From an uncultured delta proteobacterium (GTDB lineage Bacteria > Desulfobacterota > Binatia > UBA9968): a stretch of DNA of 64,000 nt. The notes below the pieces were generated by a model, which saw nothing but the letters and a program-made list of their open reading frames with translations, was not told the DNA's origin and did no database searches. The number at the start of each line of letters is the position of its first letter. Position 1 is the stretch's first letter. Position numbers and translations under genes: made by a program. Positions 20,746 through 29,900 of this stretch are shown here, piece after piece. Location of the stretch: contig CAVUVW010000019.1 of assembly GCA_963745035.1 (NCBI GenBank), forward strand, positions 230,948 through 294,947, given 5' to 3'.

Positions 20746-20906
20746 TCGAGTCCCTCGTCGACTGCCCGCCGTCATGACCTACGCCTCGATTCCCAAACAA
20801 GAGCGTAAGAAGGCGGGACTCGAAGACGGCCTGACCCGTTTGTCAGTGGGAATCGAGGGTTTGCAGGATCTTCTTGAGGATCTGAAGCGAGGACTGGGGC
20901 GGTAAC
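20746..20906 (+). repeat. Direct repeat copy 2 (displaced 3' fragment of gamma-lyase gene)
   Basis: tcgagtccctcgtcgactgcccgccgtcatg...gggcggtaac; a handful of substitutions and a 1-nt deletion relative to copy 1. Confidence 0.93.
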
Positions 20907-21263
20907 AGGGAACGGAGATCGTCCGAACCGTAAATGCGTTTCCGATTCCACGGGACCAGCATCTGACGAAAACGATGAAGTCCCTGGCGGTTTCTATGAT
21001 AGTCAAGCATCATGAAAGATGATATTGATTGTTATGTTTGATCAGCTAACGCTTCAGTATTGCGACGCGCCCGATCCGCACCGCCCGAAGAATAAGAACT
21101 AAATGCAGCCATTAGAGCGAAGTTGTCGGCCAAATTGAAGGCTTACCGCGCTTCAACGAAATCCGGCAAGAAGTAGTTGATCGACACCTTCGAAATCTTT
21201 TTGATCCGTAAGGCATCGCGCTAGGTAATCGCAGTTCGACTAAACATCAACCCGAGCCATCCT

Positions 21264-21773
21264 ATGGCGACTATGCGACGGTACGATGAAGATCTTCGGT
21301 CTGTTGGCCAAGCGCTCGAAGCCAGAGACATTATCGACTTTGAGCTAAAACTGCTTGCGGACTCATATGTTATCGACGGTATGCTTGAGGAGGGCAGATC
21401 GAGGCGCTCGAAAGTGCGCCAATGGCTGTGGCGATTGCGTGGCCGTTCCACTCACGGACCAATAATTTTCCAACTGGCAGAGGTTGAGCGGTTATCCCAA
21501 GCTGGACGAGCGAAGCGCTCTAACCCTGGGCAGGTTACGAATTTTCGCAATGTTTCGAATATCCTGCGCACCATAGGCGCCTACCTCAAGGCAAACGAAC
21601 TAGAGTTGGTTGAGATTCAGAAAAGACGAGTTTCGGTTACACTATCTTACCTAGATGCGGCACGCCAGAAACGAGAAGAACTCCGTACGATAGCTTCTTT
21701 CTATAGACTCTTTCTTGAACTTTGCGAGAAACGGGGTCAGGTGGAACCAACCCCGCGCCAGTCAAGAAGTTAG
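21264..21773 (+). CDS. Hypothetical protein with an internal two-fold repeat (LRSVGQALEA / LRTIGAYLKA)
   Basis: 169-aa ORF, lower GC, no recognised motif. Confidence 0.55.
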   Translation: MATMRRYDEDLRSVGQALEARDIIDFELKLLADSYVIDGMLEEGRSRRSKVRQWLWRLRGRSTHGPIIFQLAEVERLSQAGRAKRSNPGQVTNFRNVSNILRTIGAYLKANELELVEIQKRRVSVTLSYLDAARQKREELRTIASFYRLFLELCEKRGQVEPTPRQSRS

Positions 21774-21885
21774 TTCCAAATTTGGCTTTCCTCTTTGGCT
21801 TAAGCCGGGTCCAAAATCTGCGTTCAATTTTAGCAGGGTGTGTTACGGGTTGGCCACGGGGTATGGTCTTTTGAAATTTTCCGGA

Positions 21886-22746
21886 TCAACCCGCGCGTTG
21901 GAGTGCTTCCTGAGCGGCGCGACGGACGAGGACTTTCACTAAATCGAGCTTGTATTCCGCGGAGCCGCGGTTGTCGTCTGTGGGGTCGCATTCGCTCGCA
22001 GCGACCTCGCCCATTTCTCGCAGCGTGTCCTCCGTGATCGCCTTTCCGCGCAGAACTTCCTCGGCTTTTCTTGCGCGCACGATAGTTGAAGCGACGGAGT
22101 TGAGGCCGATGCGAATATCATCGCAAGCGCCGTTATTTGCTTTCAAGGTGAGCGCGACGCCGACCGTGGCGAAATCTTCAATGCTCCGTGGCGTGAATTT
22201 GATATGCGACCAGCCCGGCCGCTCCGGCGGCGGCACACGGATCTCCGTCAACAACTCACCGGTCTCGAGCGCGGTCTGGTAATAGTCGACGAAAAATTCG
22301 TCCAATTTTAGGGCGCGCTGCCCCTTGCTGCTCGTGAGTGTGACTTCCGCGTCAAGCGCAATCAGGCTCGCGCCCGGATCGGTCAGGGGGTCGCCGGCGG
22401 CGAGATTGCCGCCAACGGTGCCCATATTACGAATGCGCGGCTGGGCCACTTTGCGGAAAGTTTCGTGAAGCAGGGGGTAGTGCTTTTTCACCGCCGGCGA
22501 AAGCTCGATGTCGCGATGGCGTGCGCCGGCGCCGATACGCAGGCCGTCCTTGGCGTTGAAGCTAATCTTGTCGAATTTCGGAATGCGCCCCAGGCTGATC
22601 ACGACCTTCGGCATGAGGAGCCGCTGGCGCATCATGATGAGCAATGAAGTCCCGCCGGCAATCACGCGCGCGTCGTCGCCGTGCTTTTCCATCAAGCTAA
22701 AAGCTTTTTTGAGGCTCGTCGGTTCCTGGTAGTCGAAGCGAATCAT
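21886..22746 (-). CDS. Xanthine dehydrogenase-family FAD subunit
   Basis: AGGTSLLIMMRQRL, RIRNMGTVGGNL, DNRGSAEYK. Confidence 0.92.
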   Translation of the reverse strand: MIRFDYQEPTSLKKAFSLMEKHGDDARVIAGGTSLLIMMRQRLLMPKVVISLGRIPKFDKISFNAKDGLRIGAGARHRDIELSPAVKKHYPLLHETFRKVAQPRIRNMGTVGGNLAAGDPLTDPGASLIALDAEVTLTSSKGQRALKLDEFFVDYYQTALETGELLTEIRVPPPERPGWSHIKFTPRSIEDFATVGVALTLKANNGACDDIRIGLNSVASTIVRARKAEEVLRGKAITEDTLREMGEVAASECDPTDDNRGSAEYKLDLVKVLVRRAAQEALQRAG

Positions 22747-22752
22747 GTGGTC

Positions 22753-22782
22753 ATTTTGGATTTTGGATTTTAGATTTTGGAT
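22753..22782. repeat. Heptamer tandem repeat (ATTTTGG)x4
   Basis: attttgg attttgg attttag attttgg att. Confidence 0.8.
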
Positions 22783-22815
22783 TCGGGCCCAGTAAGTCTG
22801 CGTTGAACATTACCG

Positions 22816-25092
22816 TTAACCTTTTTCTTTTAGCGCGCGGAGAATTTTTTCCGGCGTGATCGGCAAGGTTTTCACCCGGACGCCGACGGCATCGAAAATG
22901 GCATTGTTAATCACCGCCGCCGTCGGATCCATGTTGAGCTCGCCCAATCCTTTGGCGCCAAACGGGCCCGTGGGCTCATAAGAATCCGCAAACGCATGCT
23001 GCAGCGGCGGCATGTCGCGCATGGACGGAATACGATAATCGGAAAAATTTGGATTGACCGGCTTTCCCTCGTCGATCTGCAAGCCTTCGGTGAGGGCGTA
23101 GCCGATGCCTTGGGCCAACCCGCCTTCGACCTGGCCCTCGGCCCCAAGCGGGTAGATCACCGTGCCGCAGTCCGAGGCGACGACAAACTGAAGAATTTTC
23201 ACCTGTCCGGTTTCCGGATCGACGTGCACTTGCGCGGCCTGGGCGCCGTAGTTATAAGCGCCGGACTCGTTGCCGAAGCGGGTGCTGTCCGGCAATACCG
23301 AATCGGCGTCGAAGCTGCCGGAGCCGACGATGGGGGCGCCGTTGTGGCGGAACAGTCGCGCGCGCGCGACGTCCGATACCGTCAACGATTTTCCCTCCGC
23401 GCCTTTGACGAAAATCTTTCCCTCGCGGGACGTAAGATCGGCGGCGTTTGCTTCCAGCATCTCGGCGGCTTGCTCGAAGAGTTGCTGCTTAACGTTGGTC
23501 GCGGCGTTCTTGACTGCATTGCCGCTCACGTAGGTGAGCCGGCTCGCGAAAGCGCCTAGGCAAAAAGTCGTGAGATCGGTGTCGGCGCGGGAGATCTCCA
23601 CGTCTTCCACCGGCACGCCCAGTTCCTCGGCGGCGATCTGGCACATGGCGGTATGCACGCCCTGGCCGCATTCGCCTTCGCCGCTCAAGATCAGCGCCTT
23701 GCCGTCTTCATTGATCTTGATCGTCGCCGAGCTGCCGTCGTAATCGCCGAAATGGCGCTTGCCGCTGACATGCACGGTGCAGGCGAGGCCCAAGCCGGTG
23801 TTGGGCTGCTTGTTGGCGCGCTTGGCTTTCCAATCGATCATTTTTTCGGTCATATCGAGGCACTGCTTCAGCTCGCAGCTCGTAACCCGGTTGCCGTGCG
23901 GCGAAACATAGCCGACTTCCGCGGCGTTGATGCGCGCAAGTTCCATCGGATCAATACCGAGCGCGTGAGCGCCTAAGTCGATGGCTTGCTCGACCGCCCA
24001 TTCCGCCGACGGATTGCCGAAGCCGCGGAACGCGCCGGTGGGAACTTTGTTGGTGTAAACCAGCTTGGCGTCGATCTTGACGTCGGAATATTTGTAGCAG
24101 GTGTCGTGGCGCATGGCCGCGACACCGGTGATCGCCGGCGCTTTGGCCGAGTAGGCGCCGTTGTCGGCGATGACTTTCAATTCCTTGGCGCGGATGCGGC
24201 CGTCCTTCTTGAAGCCCATCTTGACGTTGATCTTCATGAACACCCGCGGCCGGCAGCCGGCGAGAAATTCTTCCTCGCGCGTGTTGATCAACTTGACCGG
24301 CTTGCGCGCTTTTTTCGCCAGCACGGCGGCGACCAGAGCGTTGTTGTCGTCGCAGGACTTGCCGCCGAAGCCGCCGCCGACGGCGCTCTGGATGATGCGC
24401 ACGTCGGTCTCGGGAACGCCCAGCGCGGTGGCGATGCGATAGCGCGCGTTAAACAACGTCTGGGTGTTCATGTAGATCGTGTACTTGCCGCTGGTGGCGT
24501 ACTCGGCCACGCTGCCGATGGTCTCGATGGAGCAGTGCCACTGCGGCATGCTCGTAAACGTGTCTTCGACGATCACATCGGAGTCGGCGAACGCCTGGGC
24601 GACGTTGCCGCGCTCCAGGTCTAAATGCATGGCGATATTGTTCGCCTTGTCGTCGTGCACCAACGGAGCTCCGTCTTTCATCGCCTCTTCGGCGTCGAAC
24701 ACTCCGGTCAGCGGCTCCCAATCGACTTCGATGAGATCGATTGCTTCCTCGGCGATATCCGGATCGATGGCCGCCACCGCAGCGACTTCCTCGCCGACGT
24801 AGCGGGTCTTGCCGACGGAAAGAATATATTGATCGGCAAAAAACGCTCCCCAGGGTCGTTTGATCGTGTCTTCCGCGGTCACAACGGCGCGCACGCCGGC
24901 AAGTTTTTCCGCCTTGCTCGTATCGATATGGCGGATGCGCGCATGAGGAAAGGGACTGCGCAAAACCTTTCCCACCAGCATGCCGGGAAGATAGATATCT
25001 GCGATATACTCCGAGTCGCCGGTCACCTTGTCGAAGCCTTCGACCCGCTGCACGCGCTTACCGACGACGGAAAAATTTTCTGCTTTAGACAT
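22816..25092 (-). CDS. Molybdopterin-binding large subunit (xanthine dehydrogenase / 4-hydroxybenzoyl-CoA reductase alpha-like)
   Basis: GGGFGGK, GAFRGFGNP, GECGQG, FASRLT, GPFGAKGLGE. Confidence 0.9.
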   Translation of the reverse strand: MSKAENFSVVGKRVQRVEGFDKVTGDSEYIADIYLPGMLVGKVLRSPFPHARIRHIDTSKAEKLAGVRAVVTAEDTIKRPWGAFFADQYILSVGKTRYVGEEVAAVAAIDPDIAEEAIDLIEVDWEPLTGVFDAEEAMKDGAPLVHDDKANNIAMHLDLERGNVAQAFADSDVIVEDTFTSMPQWHCSIETIGSVAEYATSGKYTIYMNTQTLFNARYRIATALGVPETDVRIIQSAVGGGFGGKSCDDNNALVAAVLAKKARKPVKLINTREEEFLAGCRPRVFMKINVKMGFKKDGRIRAKELKVIADNGAYSAKAPAITGVAAMRHDTCYKYSDVKIDAKLVYTNKVPTGAFRGFGNPSAEWAVEQAIDLGAHALGIDPMELARINAAEVGYVSPHGNRVTSCELKQCLDMTEKMIDWKAKRANKQPNTGLGLACTVHVSGKRHFGDYDGSSATIKINEDGKALILSGEGECGQGVHTAMCQIAAEELGVPVEDVEISRADTDLTTFCLGAFASRLTYVSGNAVKNAATNVKQQLFEQAAEMLEANAADLTSREGKIFVKGAEGKSLTVSDVARARLFRHNGAPIVGSGSFDADSVLPDSTRFGNESGAYNYGAQAAQVHVDPETGQVKILQFVVASDCGTVIYPLGAEGQVEGGLAQGIGYALTEGLQIDEGKPVNPNFSDYRIPSMRDMPPLQHAFADSYEPTGPFGAKGLGELNMDPTAAVINNAIFDAVGVRVKTLPITPEKILRALKEKG

Positions 25093-25147
25093 GATCAAAT
25101 GTTCTCTGTTACTAAACTAAGGTCTGCTTACGGCTCTGAACGCGCAT

Positions 25148-25250
25148 TGTCATTTCGACCGAAGGGAGAAATCCTTCTTGATGTTCTGACTCCCAGCGCT
25201 ATAGCACCGAGTCGCTCCAGATAAGAGGTCCTTCGCTTCGCTCAGGACGA
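25148..25250. repeat. REP-like palindromic element
   Basis: tgtcatttcgaccgaagggagaaatcc ... gtccttcgcttcgctcaggacgac. Confidence 0.55.
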
Positions 25251-25270
25251 CTTGATCCACTTGCACTGGA

Positions 25271-25824
25271 TCAAGTCGTTTTAGCGACAGGCTTGTAAAC
25301 GTCCAAGCTCTGGATCTTCGCCGTGGTCTCGCGCTTGCGGAAGGTGTAATTGGGATCCGTCTTGCCGTTCACCACCGCCATGACCGACTCGAGGATCTTA
25401 TAATAGCCGGTGCACCGGCAGAGATTGCCCGACATCCATTCCTTCACTTCCTCTTCGCTCGGATGAGGATTCTCATCGAGCAGCGCCTTGGCCGCCATGA
25501 TTTGCCCCGGCGTGCAGATGCCGCACTGAAAACCGCCGTACTCGATGAATGCCTGTTGTAGCGGATGGAGGTTGCCTTCTTTGGCAAGGCCCTCGATGGT
25601 TTCGATTTTCTTACCGCTGACATCCAGCGGCAAGCGTGAGGCATGAGCTGACGAGCCGTCCGTCAATAATCACGCTGCAAGCGCCGCAAACCCCAATACT
25701 GCAACCTTCCTTGGTACCGGTGAGGCCGATGATTGTCACGTAGGACCTGCAATAAGAGTCGATTGGACTCGATCTCTACTTCGTGTTCCTCGCCATTTAC
25801 CTTTAGAGTAATTTGTTTTTTCAT
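25271..25824 (-). CDS. CoxS-like [2Fe-2S] subunit (frameshifted)
   Basis: [62 protein letters not shown]. Confidence 0.88.
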
Positions 25825-25855
25825 ACTTCTTGTTAACACTATTCTCGATAGAGGT

Positions 25856-26678
25856 TTAGCCCGCCCAGCGGGTCAGCCGATTATCGAGCATTTGGACGAG
25901 CGCATTACTGATGAGGCCGATTATAAGGACAACCATCGCGATAGCAAATACCTTGGCGGCATCAAACTGAGCGCCGTAGCGTTGCGCCAGCGCGCCGAGG
26001 CCGACAAAAGCGATCAGCATCTCACCGTTGATCATTCCTTTGACGGCGCGGCCCATGCCAAGACGGATGCCCGCGAATACCAGCGGTAGAGAAGCCGGCA
26101 ATAGAATCCTCCTGAAGATCTGCGCCTCACGGCAGCCGAAGGAACGCGCCATCTCAACCAGCACCGGATCGACCGTGCGGATCGCGGTCGCAGTATTGAT
26201 GACAATGACGAACATGGAATAGACGACGATGATCGCGATACGAGATGCGTCAGACAGACCAAAAATAGCAAAGAAGATCGGCGCGAAGACAATTGACGGG
26301 CAGACAAAGAGCGCGTGCACGTAAAGATCGAGGGCTTTCTCAACAGGGCGATAACGACCCATGAGTGCGCCTAAAGAAACTCCCAGAACCAACGACGAGA
26401 CTGAAGCCGACGATCAACCCTTGCAAGCTCAATCGCAGGTTCGCGAGAATGACTCCGCTGCCGACAAACTGTACCAGCGCTTGCATCACTTTCGAAAATG
26501 GCGGCAACCACTGCAACCCCAGGCTCCAACCCAAAAGCTCCCAAAGCGCGGCGCCGGCGACAAGAGCCAATACCTCGGGCGCGTTCTCGCGTGTGAAACG
26601 TCGCAGGGCCGGGTGTCTATCGACCGTTCGCGCGAGGCTTGATTTGACGGCGGCTTTCGCGACAGTCTCCTGTTTCAC
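25856..26678 (-). CDS. ABC transporter permease (SsuC/TauC type; frameshift ~26395)
   Basis: EMARSFGCREAQIFRRILLPASLP EAA loop; TM helices. Confidence 0.88.
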
Positions 26679-27445
26679 GATTCACCCACCTGCATGGCGC
26701 GCAGATTGTCCCACAGATATTCTTTGATTTCGACAAACGCGCTGGATTTTTCTACTTGCGGCGAGCGCGGTCGCTGCAGCGGCACTTCGATCATTTCCTT
26801 GACCCTGCCGGGGCGCGGCGTCATCAGCATGACGCGATCGCCAAGCATGACCGCTTCATCCATGCTGTGCGTGACAAATACCACGGTTTTGCGTTGTTCC
26901 TCCCAAAGCCTGAGCAGTTGCTCCTGCAGAAGCCGTCGCGTCTGCTCGTCCAAGGCGCCAAAGGGTTCGTCCATAAGCAGAATCTGCGGGTTGACCGCCA
27001 ACGCGCGGGCCAGGCCGACGCGCTGCTGCATCCCCCCCGACAGCTCTTTGGGCAAGCGTTTTTCGAAGCCTTCGAGGCCGACGAGCTTGATGAGATCCTT
27101 CGCTCTATCTCGGCATTCGTCCTGCGGCGTGCCGCGAACTTCGAGTCCAAAGGTTACGTTGCCAAGCACGTCTGCCCACGGCATCAATGCGAAGTTCTGA
27201 AACACCACGGCGCGTTCCGGTCCGGGTCCGGTGACCGCCAGGCCGTCGATGGCCACTTCGCCCTGGTCGTAGGGAATCAGTCCGGCGATGATGCGCAGCA
27301 AAGTGGTCTTGCCGCACCCGCTTGGACCGATGATGGTGACGAATTCATTGTCATGGACTTCGAAGTCGATGTCACTGAGCGCGAGGACGCCGCCGCCGTT
27401 ATCGCGCGTGCCGAACTCTTTGCTCAAGCTGCGGACCCGTATCAT
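26675..27445 (-). CDS. ABC transporter ATP-binding protein (SsuB/TauB type)
   Basis: GPSGCGKTT, LSGGMQQR, LLMDEPFGALD. Confidence 0.95.
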   Translation of the reverse strand: MIRVRSLSKEFGTRDNGGGVLALSDIDFEVHDNEFVTIIGPSGCGKTTLLRIIAGLIPYDQGEVAIDGLAVTGPGPERAVVFQNFALMPWADVLGNVTFGLEVRGTPQDECRDRAKDLIKLVGLEGFEKRLPKELSGGMQQRVGLARALAVNPQILLMDEPFGALDEQTRRLLQEQLLRLWEEQRKTVVFVTHSMDEAVMLGDRVMLMTPRPGRVKEMIEVPLQRPRSPQVEKSSAFVEIKEYLWDNLRAMQVGES

Positions 27446-27454
27446 CTCACCAGC

Positions 27455-28225
27455 CTACCCAATCGAGATGTCCGGCGCCCAACGGGTGATCCTTTTTTCC
27501 AATATTTGCATTGCCGCCAGTAAAACCAACGCTTCAATAATGACGGCGAATACCGTGGCGAACACCAGATCCGACTGCATGCGCCCGGAGAATTCCAGTA
27601 ATAAGCGGCCCAAACCGCTGGCGACTAAGAGCAGCTCGACCATGACCATGCCCGTGATGGCGCGGCCCAGCCCGATTCGCATGCCTGCAAAGATGGCGGG
27701 CATCGCTCCGGGTATCACGATCCTACGCCAGATCTGGCCCTCGCTCGCGCCGAATGATTTGGCCATTTCGATGAGCGAGGCTTCCACGCCGCGCACACCG
27801 GCGCGCGTATTGACGGTGATAAACACGAAAGCAAACAAAACGACGATGAACACGCGCGCGGCGATTCCCAATCCTAACGCGATGATCACGATCGGTATCA
27901 GCGGCGCCACCGGCATAGTCAAGAGCACGCCGACATAGGGGTTGAGAAGGCGATCCATCCAGCGAAATCTCCCGGCGAGCAGTCCCAACGGGATTCCGAT
28001 CATGACTGAGATGGCGAAACCCAAAATGAGCGCCTGATTACTGATATAAAGAGCCTCCCAAAACATAGCTTCGGAAAACAATAAACGAATGAGACCGCTT
28101 GCCACGTCGGTGAATCGGGGCAGAAGAAAGTTCTGCGAAGTGCTGACAAAAAGCTCCCACAGCCCGACCGCCGCGATAAAAACTGCGAGTCTGAGGCCCC
28201 AATCCAGGACGATGCGCTTCTTCAT
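27455..28225 (-). CDS. ABC transporter permease (SsuC/TauC type)
   Basis: EMAKSFGASEGQIWRRIVIPGAMP. Confidence 0.92.
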   Translation of the reverse strand: MKKRIVLDWGLRLAVFIAAVGLWELFVSTSQNFLLPRFTDVASGLIRLLFSEAMFWEALYISNQALILGFAISVMIGIPLGLLAGRFRWMDRLLNPYVGVLLTMPVAPLIPIVIIALGLGIAARVFIVVLFAFVFITVNTRAGVRGVEASLIEMAKSFGASEGQIWRRIVIPGAMPAIFAGMRIGLGRAITGMVMVELLLVASGLGRLLLEFSGRMQSDLVFATVFAVIIEALVLLAAMQILEKRITRWAPDISIG

Positions 28226-28326
28226 GGGGCTACAGTCCGGGCTTTTCAATCAGAGCTTTTGAACCTCGGCTGGACTGCGGGGCCGCCCGACATCTCACGG
28301 CGCCAGAATCGGATGAAGGCATTTTT

Positions 28327-29328
28327 CTATCGCGCGCCGGCTGATCTTGCCGACTTTGCTCGAGCGCGCCGGCGAGAATTTTCGAGTCGACCAACTCCTT
28401 GGTGTTCACCGCGGTCTTGAGCTCGCCGTTGTCGGTGAAAAATTTCACCGTATCGTCGAGGATCGAAGTGTCGCCGCCGTTTTGCGGCCAGGCGCGGACG
28501 ATCTCGATGATAGGCCTTGATCGCGGGCGCGATGATATTCTTCGGCATGTCGGGGAGATGCTTCGCGACCAGCGGCTCCAGTATTTGCGGATTAGCATGA
28601 ACCATTCGAAAGCTTTTCAGCAGTTCGGCCGTATAGGCAATCGCAACCTCTTCGTTTTTACGCAGCCAATCCACATTGGCCCAAAAACTCGCACCGCTGA
28701 TATTGAAAAGATTTCCGGTCCTGATGACGCGAAACCGGCCTGGCGCCTTGGAATCGAGGTTCAGCCAGTCTCCAAGCTGCACCAGGGTGGCGTCGATCTG
28801 GTTATTCTGGATTGCCACAATGCGATTTTCGCCGCCGGGAATCACCATGATGTTCGGCTTCACCTTGCAGTCGTTAAGCAGCCATAGTTTGACCGCAAGC
28901 GAGGTCGTCGAGGCTTCGCCATGTATGGCGAATCTCTTGCCGTCAATCTCCTTGCAATCTTTGATGTCGTTCTTGGCGATCATCAGAAACTCGCCGCCAT
29001 TGTTCTCCATGATGAAAGCGAGCTTGGCGCCTTTTTGAGTCGCCCGCACCGGATCCATGACTTGCGAGTTGGCCATCTGAATCGTGCCCTGCGCCAGCGC
29101 CTGCACGTTGAGATCGGTGCGCGTGAATTCCACGGTCGAGGAACTCCAGCCGTTTCGGTTCAGACGCTCGTGGGTGAGCACCGCAGGCATGTCATAGAGC
29201 GATATCGAGGAGGGGGTTCCGACCTTGATTTCCAGATTGCCTTTCGGTCGAAGCACCTCCACTTCCGCGGCTCGAGCCGTGCTCAAAGTCAACAACACTG
29301 TCAGTGCTGCAAAAAGATGCCTGCTCAT
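28327..29328 (-). CDS. ABC substrate-binding protein (SsuA/NMT1-like; 3' frameshifts)
   Basis: Signal peptide ending ARA; IDGKRFAIHG; ENRIVAIQNNQIDATL. Confidence 0.8.
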   Translation of the reverse strand: MSRHLFAALTVLLTLSTARAAEVEVLRPKGNLEIKVGTPSSISLYDMPAVLTHERLNRNGWSSSTVEFTRTDLNVQALAQGTIQMANSQVMDPVRATQKGAKLAFIMENNGGEFLMIAKNDIKDCKEIDGKRFAIHGEASTTSLAVKLWLLNDCKVKPNIMVIPGGENRIVAIQNNQIDATLVQLGDWLNLDSKAPGRFRVIRTGNLFNISGASFWANVDWLRKNEEVAIAYTAELLKSFRMVHANPQILEPLVAKHLPDMPKNIIAPAIKAYHRDRPRLAAKRRRHFDPRRYGEIFHRQRRAQDRGEHQGVGRLENSRRRARAKSARSAGAR

Positions 29329-29379
29329 TTCACGCCCTCCTGTGGTTAGCGTCCAATTTTCAGGTCTATTCGCGCTTCG

Positions 29380-29874
29380 TCAATGCGTTGGCGAGCCGTC
29401 GTCTTTATTTCGTAGACGAGCCGCGGCATCCAGGACCGCTTCTTGAATCTTGTAGTAGCTGCCGCAGCGACAAAGATTGCCGGCAAGATAGTGCCGCACT
29501 TGCTCGGCGCTGGGCCGGGGATTTTCTTCCAACAGGCATTTGGTGCTCAAGATAAATCCCGGCGTGCAATACGAGCATTGAAACGCGTTATGGTCGATAA
29601 ACGCTTGCTGAATCGAATGCAGCTTGCCAGGCTCGCTCAGACCTTCGATGGTGGTGATCTGTTTACCTTCTGCCAGCGGCGCTAGAACGAGGCAGGAGCT
29701 TACCGGCTTGCCGTCCAATAACACCGTGCAGGCCCCGCACATGCCGATCCCGCAGCCTTCGCGAGCGCCAAAGAGCTTGTACTCATCGCGCAAGACTTCG
29801 AGCAGGGTATGGTGGGTATGCACCGCTTTCTCTTCTTCGGTGCCGTTTACTTTGAGCGTGACGATTTGTTTCAT
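29380..29874 (-). CDS. CoxS-like [2Fe-2S] subunit
   Basis: GCGIGMCGAC, QCSYCTPG, GNLCRCGSY. Confidence 0.93.
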   Translation of the reverse strand: MKQIVTLKVNGTEEEKAVHTHHTLLEVLRDEYKLFGAREGCGIGMCGACTVLLDGKPVSSCLVLAPLAEGKQITTIEGLSEPGKLHSIQQAFIDHNAFQCSYCTPGFILSTKCLLEENPRPSAEQVRHYLAGNLCRCGSYYKIQEAVLDAAARLRNKDDGSPTH

Positions 29875-29900
29875 AATATTCCTTTGAGTGGCGCTCACGC

